Positions 1-7,593 of a DNA stretch of 58,109 nucleotides are shown in pieces; within the stretch, counting starts at the first letter, position 1, and each line of letters opens with the position of its first letter. The stretch lies in assembly GCA_028871705.1 (NCBI GenBank), contig JAGWMP010000001.1, forward strand, positions 1 through 58,109. The letters are read 5' to 3'. The notes beneath the pieces were generated by a model. The model did no database searches. It saw nothing but the letters and a program-made list of their open reading frames with translations, and was not told the origin of the DNA. The position numbers and the translations under genes were made by a program. The stretch comes from Gammaproteobacteria bacterium (GTDB taxonomy: Bacteria > Pseudomonadota > Gammaproteobacteria > Steroidobacterales > Steroidobacteraceae).

Positions 1-1
1 G

Positions 2-1576
2 TTCTCGGTGCGTAACCCGGCGCACGAGCTGCGCGCGCGGGACTGCATCCGCGCGCTGTGCGACCGGCCCGTGACCTGCAGCTATGAGCTCTCCTCGCAG
101 CTCGACGCGCCGAAGCGGGCGCTGACGGCGGCGCTCAACGCGCGCCTCACACCGCAGATCCGTGCGCTGCTCGAAGCACTCGACCGCGTGCTCGTGCGGG
201 AAGGGATCGGTGCGCCGGTGATGGTCGTCAAGGGCGACGGCACGCTGATCCGGGCCGAAGTCGCACTCGAATATCCGGTGGAGACGGTGCTCTCGGGTCC
301 GGCGGCGAGCGTGGTCGGCGCGGGGTTCCTGAGCGGGCTCACCGACTTCGTCGTTGCGGACATGGGCGGCACGACCACCGACGTCGCCGTCGTGATCGGC
401 GGCCGCCCGGTGGTGCGCGAGGAGGGCGCGGTGATCGCCGGCTGGCGCACGATGGTCGAAGCGATCGACGTGCGCACTTGCGGCCTCGGCGGCGACAGCG
501 AGGTGCACCTCGACCGCGACGGGCGTCTCAAGGTCGGGCCGCGCAAGGCCATGCCGCTGGCGCTGCTCGCGGCGCGGTTCCCCGCGGTGCTCGATGAGCT
601 GGGCAAGCTCGCCGCGAGTGAGCGGCTGCCGCCCTTCGCCGGGAGCTTCGCGTACCGCAATCCCGGGCGCGATCCCGGTGGCGAGCTCGACCGGCTCGAG
701 CGGCGGGTATGGGAGATGCTCGGCGAATCGCCGCGGTGTCTCGGGGATGCCGCGCGCACCACCCAGGGAGTGGAGGCGGTGCGGCGGCTCGTCGATCGCG
801 GGCTCGCGACCGTCGCGGGATTCACGCCGAGCGATGCGATGCACGTGCTCGGCCGGCAGCGCGACTGGAACGCCGCAGCGGCGCGGCTCGGGGCGGCGAT
901 TCTCGCGACCGAGGAGCGCAACATCCGCGCCCGCGCACAGCCCGAGACACCCGAGGCAATCTGCGAGCGGACCTATGAGCACGTCGTGCGGGAGGCGGCC
1001 CGCGTGGTGCTGCAGTGCGCACTCGCGCACGATCCGGGCATCGAGGCGCGTGACGGCCGCTGGGGCCCGCTCGGAGCGCTGCTCGAGGACACGGTGGCGG
1101 GGCGCCCCTTCTCGAAGCTCCTGGACGCCTCGCTCCACCTGGCGTTGCCGCTGATCGCCGTCGGCGCGCCGGCGAGTGCTTACTACCCCGAGGTGGCGCG
1201 CCGGCTCGCAGCATCGCTCACGATCCCCGAGCACGCCGCGGCCTGCAATGCCGTGGGGGCGGTTGCCGGGGTGGTGTCCGAGACCCGCGAGATCCTCGTC
1301 AACCAACCCTCGCTCGATGTGTTCCGCGTGCACGATCCTGCGGGTAATCAGGACTATCGCGACGCGCAGCAGGCGATCGAGCACGCCCGGCGCGTCTCGC
1401 GCGAGCTGGCACTCGCGGCCGCACGGCGTGCCGGCGCGAGCGACCCACACGTCGAGACTTCGGTGTTGGAGCGGCGCGCGCAGGCGGGCGCGGGGGGCGG
1501 CTCGCAGGTCGACTATCTCGCCGAAGCCACGGTGCGCTCGCGTGCCACCGGGCGGCCCGCGAGTCACGCGCGCTGA
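2..1576 (+). CDS. Hydantoinase/oxoprolinase-family protein, 5'-truncated by the window edge
   Basis: The frame is open from nt 2, and the GTG at 8 is probably internal. It carries the ASKHA-type motif ADMGGTTTDVAVV and the sequence VKGDGTLI...SGPAASVVGA typical of the hydantoinase A family. Stop codon ends at 1576. Confidence 0.75.
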   Translation, partial: FSVRNPAHELRARDCIRALCDRPVTCSYELSSQLDAPKRALTAALNARLTPQIRALLEALDRVLVREGIGAPVMVVKGDGTLIRAEVALEYPVETVLSGPAASVVGAGFLSGLTDFVVADMGGTTTDVAVVIGGRPVVREEGAVIAGWRTMVEAIDVRTCGLGGDSEVHLDRDGRLKVGPRKAMPLALLAARFPAVLDELGKLAASERLPPFAGSFAYRNPGRDPGGELDRLERRVWEMLGESPRCLGDAARTTQGVEAVRRLVDRGLATVAGFTPSDAMHVLGRQRDWNAAAARLGAAILATEERNIRARAQPETPEAICERTYEHVVREAARVVLQCALAHDPGIEARDGRWGPLGALLEDTVAGRPFSKLLDASLHLALPLIAVGAPASAYYPEVARRLAASLTIPEHAAACNAVGAVAGVVSETREILVNQPSLDVFRVHDPAGNQDYRDAQQAIEHARRVSRELALAAARRAGASDPHVETSVLERRAQAGAGGGSQVDYLAEATVRSRATGRPASHAR

Positions 1577-1601
1577 GCGCTCCGGCTGGGCCCCCCTCGT
1601 C

Positions 1602-3194
1602 ATGGCGACTGACTACGACGTGATCGTCATCGGATCGGGGCACAACGGGCTCACCTGCGGCGCTTATCTCGCGAAAGCGGGCTTGAGGACGCTGGTGGTC
1701 GAGCGGCGCGAGCTGGTGGGGGGCGCCGCGGTGACCGAGGAATTCGTGCCGGGCTTTCGCGCCTCGCGCTTCTCCTATGTGATGAGTCTGCTGCACCCGC
1801 GCGTGATCCGCGATCTGGAGCTGGGCGCCTGCGGGCTCGAGGTGCTGCCGGCCAACGATCTTTTCTGCCCCCTGGGAGGCGACGACTACATCGTCTACAG
1901 CGACGACTCGAGGAAGACCCAGGCGGAGTTCGCACGCTTCTCGCGGCGCGACGCCGAAATCTACCCGGAGTTCTCCCGTCATCTGGAGGAGGCGGCGCAG
2001 CTCGTGCGCGGGCTGCTCTTCGAGACGCCGGTCGACCCTACCCGCCGCCGCTGGCGCAACTTCCGTGATTCAGCCTCGCTCCTGTGGCGGCAGCGGACCA
2101 TCGGCGACCGGATGTACCGTCTCATCGACCTGCTCACCCAAAGCGCCTACGACTACCTGTCGGTGTGGTTCGAGAGCGACGTGGTCAAGTCGGTCCTGGG
2201 CTACTACGCCTGCATCGGCACTTTCGCCGGCCCGCGCTCGCCGGGCACCGCCTATGTGATCCTGCATCACCTGATGGGCGAGCACGCCGGCGCGGGCGGC
2301 TGGGGATTCATCCGCGGCGGCATGGGCGCGATCACCCAGGCGATCGCGCGCTCCGGGCAACGCTTCGGCATGCAGGTTCTGACCAGCGCCCCGGTCGCGG
2401 AGGTGCTGGTCGCCGACGGCAGGGCGCGCGGCATCCGCACCGTCGACGGGCGCGAGTTCCGCGCGCGCGTAGTGGTCTCGAATGCCGATGCGAAGACGCT
2501 GTTCCGGCAGCTGGTGGCGCCGCAGCACTTGCCCGCCGGGCTGCTCGCGGATGTCGATGCGTTCCGCACCTTCTCCAGCGCCTTCAAGATGAACATCGCC
2601 GCCGAGGCGCCGCCCGCCTATCGCGCCTTCGATCCCAGGCGCACCGGCTTCGCCTACCCGACGTACGTGCACCTGGCGCCGGGCATCGACTACCTCGAGC
2701 GCGCCTACGACGATGCCAAGTACGGCTGGTATTCGCGCCAGCCGTTCCTCACTCCGGTGGTGCCGACCTTCGTCGACGATTCGCTCGCGCCGCCGGGCAA
2801 GCACGTGGTCAACGTGTTCGGCGGGCACGCGCCCTACGTGCTCAAAGGCGGTGCCGAGTGGGCCGAGGAGAAACCCAATCTGGCGCGCGCCGCGTTCGCC
2901 GTCATCGACGAGATGGCGCCGGGCTTTTCCCAACAGGTGATCGATTTCGAGCTGCTGGTGCCGCCCGACCTCGAACGCATCGTCGGCTTGCCGCAGGGAC
3001 ACATCTTTCATGGGGAGCTGAGCGCCGATCAGCTCTTCTGGCAGCGTCCGGTGCCGCACTGGGCCGATTACCGCACTCCGGTACGCGGCCTTTACCAATG
3101 CGGCTCTTCGACCCATCCGGGGGGCGGGGTTTCCGGGATCCCCGGGCACAACGCGGCGCGCGAGATTCTGCGCGACTGGAGAACCTTGCGGTGA
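1602..3194 (+). CDS. NAD(P)/FAD-dependent oxidoreductase, phytoene-desaturase/amine-oxidase fold (CrtI/PYROXD2-like), paralog 1 of 3
   Basis: ATG at 1602 is in frame with track ORF 1176..3194. N-terminal dinucleotide-binding motif DYDVIVIGSGHNGL. C-terminal motif GLYQCGSSTHPGGGVSG is shared with the ORFs at 28986 and 30575. It starts 25 nt after the upstream stop. Confidence 0.8.
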   Translation: MATDYDVIVIGSGHNGLTCGAYLAKAGLRTLVVERRELVGGAAVTEEFVPGFRASRFSYVMSLLHPRVIRDLELGACGLEVLPANDLFCPLGGDDYIVYSDDSRKTQAEFARFSRRDAEIYPEFSRHLEEAAQLVRGLLFETPVDPTRRRWRNFRDSASLLWRQRTIGDRMYRLIDLLTQSAYDYLSVWFESDVVKSVLGYYACIGTFAGPRSPGTAYVILHHLMGEHAGAGGWGFIRGGMGAITQAIARSGQRFGMQVLTSAPVAEVLVADGRARGIRTVDGREFRARVVVSNADAKTLFRQLVAPQHLPAGLLADVDAFRTFSSAFKMNIAAEAPPAYRAFDPRRTGFAYPTYVHLAPGIDYLERAYDDAKYGWYSRQPFLTPVVPTFVDDSLAPPGKHVVNVFGGHAPYVLKGGAEWAEEKPNLARAAFAVIDEMAPGFSQQVIDFELLVPPDLERIVGLPQGHIFHGELSADQLFWQRPVPHWADYRTPVRGLYQCGSSTHPGGGVSGIPGHNAAREILRDWRTLR

Positions 3195-3206
3195 CGGCGC
3201 GCGCAC

Positions 3207-3227
3207 GCCACCCCGACTGGGGCTGGC
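3207..3227. terminator. Weak imperfect hairpin between convergent genes
   Basis: gccaCCCCgactGGGGctggc lies in the 33-nt gap between the stops at 3194 (+) and 3228 (-). There is no T-tract and the stem is imperfect. Confidence 0.25.
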
Positions 3228-4847
3228 TCAGTGCCGGGCGAGCGCGGTGTGGAAGTCCACAGCGCGCACTTCCACGAGCGTCGGACCGCGCGCGCTGAGC
3301 GCGCGCCCAATGGCAGCGCTCAAGGCCTCGGGCCCGCGCACGCGCAGCGCCTCGGCGCCGAGGGCGGCGGCCAGGGCCTCGAAATCGGGATTACGGCCCT
3401 CGACTCCGACGGGCTCGATTCCGGCGGCCACCATGTCGTCGCGGATCTGCTTGAGGGCCGAGTTGTTCCACACCACGACGGGCAGCGGTAGTTGCAGCTC
3501 GGCCGCGGTCAGCAGCTCCTGCAGCGTGAACTGCACGCCGAAGTCTCCTGCCAGCGCCACGACCGGGCGTTCGGGCTGGGCGATCTTCGCCCCGATCGCC
3601 GCCGGCAGGGCGAAGCCGAGCGTGCCGTACCCGCAGGGATGAAACCAGCTGTCCGGACGGTCGGCGGCAAAGGCGTAATTGCCGGTGTAGGCGACCTGGG
3701 TCATGTCGCTGAACACGACGCCGTCGGCGGGCAGTGCGGCGCGCAGCGAACGCACCACGCCGAGCAGAGTGCCCCCGTGCTCGCCGATCTGCGCCTCGAT
3801 CGTTGCACGCCTGGGGCCGGCATCGCCCTGCGCGCAGCGCCATCCGCGCCGGCTCGGCAGACCATCGGCGAGCGCCGCGAGCGCCGCGCCCGCGTCGGCG
3901 TGGATCGCGACCTCCTGTGTGGCCGGCTCGGCGAGCTGCGCCGCGTCGATGTCGATGCGAATCACCTTACCCGGTACCGTGACGCGCACCGTCGTATAGA
4001 TGTCGGTCTCGGCGAGCTCGGTACCGGCGGCCACCACGACGTCGGCGGCGGCGAGCAACTCCTGCGTGGCGCGATACGGGAGGCTCGCGCCGAGATTCGC
4101 CGGGTGGCTCTCGGGGATGACGCCCTTGGCGGCGACGGTGGTGACGAGATAGCCATCGAGCGCCTCGAGCAGCCGCGTGAGCGCGGCCCCGGCGTGGCGT
4201 GCGCCGCCGCCGGCGATGATGAGCGGGCGTTCGGCGCTCTCGAGCAGCCTGCGCGCGGCCGCGAGTGCCGGCGGATTCGCCTGCGGCGCGCGGCTCGCGG
4301 CGGCGAAGCGCTCGGGCCGCAGCTCCGTGATCTCGGCGAGCAGGTCGAGGGGAATACCGAGGTATACCGGCCGCCGCCGGCCGCCCGCGAGATCGGCGAA
4401 CGCCGCCGCGAGGTGTGCGCGCACCTCGGCCGCGGAATTGGCGTGCAGCGCGAGCCGTGTGACGCCCGCGGCGAGTGCGCGCTGATCGGGGAGCTCGTGC
4501 AGCACGCCCCAGCGCCGGCCGAGTGAGGCGCGCACCGGGGTGCTGGCGATGACCAGCATTGGAATCGAGTCGGAGTACGCCTGGGCGATCGCGGTCAGGG
4601 CGTTGCTCAGGCCCGGCCCGGAGATCACCAGGACCGCCGCGGGGCGGCCGCTGGTGCGTGCATAGCCGTCGGCGGCGAAGGCGGCGTTCTGCTCGTGGCG
4701 TGCGAGTACGTGGCGCAGGCGCGCGGCCCCGACACCGCGATACAGCTCGATGTTGTGCACGCCGGGAATGCCGAAGGCGGTGTCGATGCCGTTTGCCGCT
4801 ACGGTCTCGATGACGTAGCGGCCGACGGTCCACGGGACGTTGCTCAT
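3228..4847 (-). CDS. aruI: Thiamine-diphosphate enzyme, most likely 5-guanidino-2-oxopentanoate (2-ketoarginine) decarboxylase
   Basis: 539 aa. FGIPGVHNIELYRG, RHEQNAAFAADGYARTSGRP and LHELPDQR match my recollection of P. aeruginosa AruI. It lies next to an aruH-like gene. Confidence 0.7.
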   Translation of the reverse strand: MSNVPWTVGRYVIETVAANGIDTAFGIPGVHNIELYRGVGAARLRHVLARHEQNAAFAADGYARTSGRPAAVLVISGPGLSNALTAIAQAYSDSIPMLVIASTPVRASLGRRWGVLHELPDQRALAAGVTRLALHANSAAEVRAHLAAAFADLAGGRRRPVYLGIPLDLLAEITELRPERFAAASRAPQANPPALAAARRLLESAERPLIIAGGGARHAGAALTRLLEALDGYLVTTVAAKGVIPESHPANLGASLPYRATQELLAAADVVVAAGTELAETDIYTTVRVTVPGKVIRIDIDAAQLAEPATQEVAIHADAGAALAALADGLPSRRGWRCAQGDAGPRRATIEAQIGEHGGTLLGVVRSLRAALPADGVVFSDMTQVAYTGNYAFAADRPDSWFHPCGYGTLGFALPAAIGAKIAQPERPVVALAGDFGVQFTLQELLTAAELQLPLPVVVWNNSALKQIRDDMVAAGIEPVGVEGRNPDFEALAAALGAEALRVRGPEALSAAIGRALSARGPTLVEVRAVDFHTALARH

Positions 4848-4887
4848 GTGCTTGAAATGTTAGCACCGGCCACGCACAGTTAGCCGC

Positions 4888-6075
4888 GTGAAATTCTCCC
4901 CACTCACCGGCAGGATCGGCGGTACGGGCGCGGATGCCTGGCTGACGCATTACGAGGCGGTGGCTGCCCTGGAGCGCGGCGAGGACGTGATCATCCTCAG
5001 CGTCGGTGATCCCGATATCGCGACCCCGGCGCCGGTGCTCGAGCGGGCCATCGAGCGGTTGCGCCGCGGCGATACCCACTACGTGGCGGCGGCCGGGCGC
5101 CTCGCGCTGCGCCAGGCGATCGCCCGCAGCCATGCCGCGCGCACCGGACAGGCGGTCACGGCCGAGAACGTCGTGTACCTCGCCGGCGCGCAGAACGCGC
5201 TGTTCGTCGCCTCGCTGTGCATCGCGGGCCCCGGGGACGAGGTCATCACCTTCGAGCCTCTGTACCCGACCTACCCGGCAACGCTCGAGGTCGGCGGGGC
5301 GCGGCTGGTGCGCGCGCCGGCGGATGCGGCGCTGCGGCCCGATGTCGGCACGCTTGCCGGGCTCATCACCAGCCGTACGCGCGCCATCGTCTGGGCGAGC
5401 CCCAACAACCCGAGCGGCCTCATCTTCAACGCCGCGGAGCTTGCGGCCATCGGTGCGCTGGCGCGCCGGCACGACCTGTGGCTCATCGTCGATGAGGTGT
5501 ACGCGGGGCTTGCGCCCGGCGGACGTGTGCCGAGCCTCGCCGCCGAGCTGCCCGAGCGGGTGGTGACGCTCGGCAGTCTGTCGAAGTCCCATGCCATGAC
5601 GGGATGGCGCACCGGCTGGCTGGTGGGTCCGCGCGAGCTCGCGGTGAAGGCCGAACTCCTCGCCATGTGCATGCTGTTCGGCCTGCCGGGTTTCGTGCAG
5701 GAGGCGGCGATCACCGCGCTCGAGATTGCCGCCGACGCCGAGCGGCGCGCGCGCGAGTTCTGCCGCGTGCGGCAGCAGCGTTTCAGCGCGGGGCTGCGCG
5801 GGGTGCCGGGACTGAAGCTCCTCGAGCCGGAGGCCGGTATGTTCATGCTGATCGATGTCGGCGCGACCGGTCTCTCGGGGGAAGGGTTCGTGCGCGCGCT
5901 GTACGCCTCGCAGAAGGTCTCGGTCATGGACGGCGCGGCGTTCGGCAGCGCGACCGCGGGCTGTGTGCGCGTGTGCTTTGCCACCGACGAAGCGCGCCTC
6001 GAGGCCGCGTGCGCGCGCATCCGTCGCTTCTGCACCGCGGAGCTCTCAGGGGGACGTGCGGCGCTCCGGCGCTGA
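4888..6075 (+). CDS. aruH: Class I/II PLP aminotransferase, most likely arginine:pyruvate transaminase
   Basis: GTG start. MKFSPLTGRIGGTGADAW..ILSVGDPD, SLSKSHAMTGWRTGW (PLP lysine motif) and the overall collinearity resemble P. aeruginosa AruH as I recall it. Confidence 0.75.
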   Translation: MKFSPLTGRIGGTGADAWLTHYEAVAALERGEDVIILSVGDPDIATPAPVLERAIERLRRGDTHYVAAAGRLALRQAIARSHAARTGQAVTAENVVYLAGAQNALFVASLCIAGPGDEVITFEPLYPTYPATLEVGGARLVRAPADAALRPDVGTLAGLITSRTRAIVWASPNNPSGLIFNAAELAAIGALARRHDLWLIVDEVYAGLAPGGRVPSLAAELPERVVTLGSLSKSHAMTGWRTGWLVGPRELAVKAELLAMCMLFGLPGFVQEAAITALEIAADAERRAREFCRVRQQRFSAGLRGVPGLKLLEPEAGMFMLIDVGATGLSGEGFVRALYASQKVSVMDGAAFGSATAGCVRVCFATDEARLEAACARIRRFCTAELSGGRAALRR

Positions 6076-7521
6076 GGCGGTGCGCAGGCGCGAGTGCCCG
6101 CGCCCGTACGCCGCGTAGATGACGAGTCCCAGCGCGCTCCAGAGGAGCAGCTGTAGCCAGGTCGCCGCCGGCAGACTCAGCATGAGCACGCCGCAGCTCG
6201 CTACCCCGAGCAGCGGCACCAGCGGTACCCACGGCGTGCGGAACGGCCGCCGCGCCGCCGGGTCGATTCGCCGCAGTACCAGCACGCCGACGCACACCAT
6301 GGCAAAGGCGAGCAGCGTACCGAGGGAGATCAGCTCCCCGAGCGCGGCGAGCGGCACCACCCCGGCGATCAGCGCCGCCACGACGCCGGTGGCGAGCGTC
6401 GCGGCGACCGGCGTGCCGTGCGGGCCGCTCACCCGGCCGAGCGCCGGCGGCAGGAGGCCGTCGCGCGCCATCGAATAGAAGATGCGCACCTGGCCGACGA
6501 TGCAGGCCAACACCACCGACACGAGACCGACGATGGCCACCACGCTCACCAGGACTTTGACCGGGCCGAGCGGCACGTGCGCCGCCGAGAGTGCGTAGTA
6601 AAGCGGATCGGGGACCCCGAGCGAGCGGTAATCGGCGAGTCCGGTGACGGTGAGGCTCACCGCGAGATAAAGCACGGCGCAGACGATCAGCGAGGCGAAC
6701 AGGCTCCAGGGGAGCGTGCGCTGCGGGTTGCGCGCATCCTCGGCGAGCGTCGAGACGCCGTCGAAACCGAGGTAGGCGAAGAACAGGATTCCGGTACCCC
6801 GCGCCACGCCGGACCAGCCGAACTCGCCGAAGCTGCCCGAGTTCGCCGGGATGAACGGCCGCCAGTGGGCCGGGTGCACGTAAGGCGCCGCTGCGGCAAC
6901 CAGCACGATCAGCACCACGACCTTGGTCAGCACGATCGCGGTGTTGACCGCCGCGGAGGTGCGCGTGCCGGCGAGCAGCAGGGCGGTGCAGCCGAGCACC
7001 ACGCCGGCCGCCGGCAGATCGAGCCATGCGCCGGTCGGGATGAGGTGATGCCGGGGGTCGAGCGTGAACGGCGCCTGTGACAGCGGCGCCGGCAAGCCGA
7101 CGCCGAGAGCGTGCAGCGCGGCTTGCGCGTATCCCGACCAGCTGATCGCCACCAGCGAGGCGGAAAAGAGCCACTCGAGCACGAGGCTCCAGCCGATGAC
7201 CCAGGCGGCGAGCTCGCCGAGGGTCACGTACGCGTAGGAATAGGCGCTGCCGGAGATCGGCACCAGCGCCGCAAACTCCGCGTAGCACAAGCCCGCCAGG
7301 AAGCAGGCGATGCTCGCGAGCACGAACGCGAGCGACACCGCCGGTCCCGCCTGGTGAGCGGCGACCTCGCCGGTGAGCGAGAAGATGCCGGCGCCGATGG
7401 TGCAGCCGACGCCGAAGGCCGTAAGGCTCCAGAAGCCGAGCGTGCGCTTGAGGTGCGGCCCGCGCTCGCCGCGGCTCTCGGCGATGCACAGCGCCACCGG
7501 CTTGCGGGACCAGACGCTCAC
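6046..7521 (-). CDS. APC-family amino-acid permease (cationic amino-acid transporter type)
   Basis: 491 aa and strongly hydrophobic across multiple spans. N-terminal motif LTAFGVGCTIGAGIF. Its 3' end overlaps the aruH 3' end by 30 nt. Confidence 0.85.
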   Translation of the reverse strand: MSVWSRKPVALCIAESRGERGPHLKRTLGFWSLTAFGVGCTIGAGIFSLTGEVAAHQAGPAVSLAFVLASIACFLAGLCYAEFAALVPISGSAYSYAYVTLGELAAWVIGWSLVLEWLFSASLVAISWSGYAQAALHALGVGLPAPLSQAPFTLDPRHHLIPTGAWLDLPAAGVVLGCTALLLAGTRTSAAVNTAIVLTKVVVLIVLVAAAAPYVHPAHWRPFIPANSGSFGEFGWSGVARGTGILFFAYLGFDGVSTLAEDARNPQRTLPWSLFASLIVCAVLYLAVSLTVTGLADYRSLGVPDPLYYALSAAHVPLGPVKVLVSVVAIVGLVSVVLACIVGQVRIFYSMARDGLLPPALGRVSGPHGTPVAATLATGVVAALIAGVVPLAALGELISLGTLLAFAMVCVGVLVLRRIDPAARRPFRTPWVPLVPLLGVASCGVLMLSLPAATWLQLLLWSALGLVIYAAYGRGHSRLRTASAPERRTSP

Positions 7522-7593
7522 GGCAACCGCACATCCATAAAGAAAGCGGGGCGGCTCGTGCCGCCCCGCGCGCTCACTTCAGCCGGAGGATCA

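Noticed and set aside
3967-5592. 541-aa minus-strand ORF spanning the aruI/aruH junction
   Set aside because: Its composition is Arg/Ala/Pro/Gly-rich and low in complexity, with no recognisable motifs. It overlaps two well-supported genes and their intergenic region, so I read it as a GC-driven shadow frame.
5924-7534. 536-aa minus-strand ORF in an alternative frame of the permease gene
   Set aside because: The same-strand frame 6046..7521 gives a clean multi-TM APC permease. This frame gives an Arg/Pro-rich nonsense-like protein.
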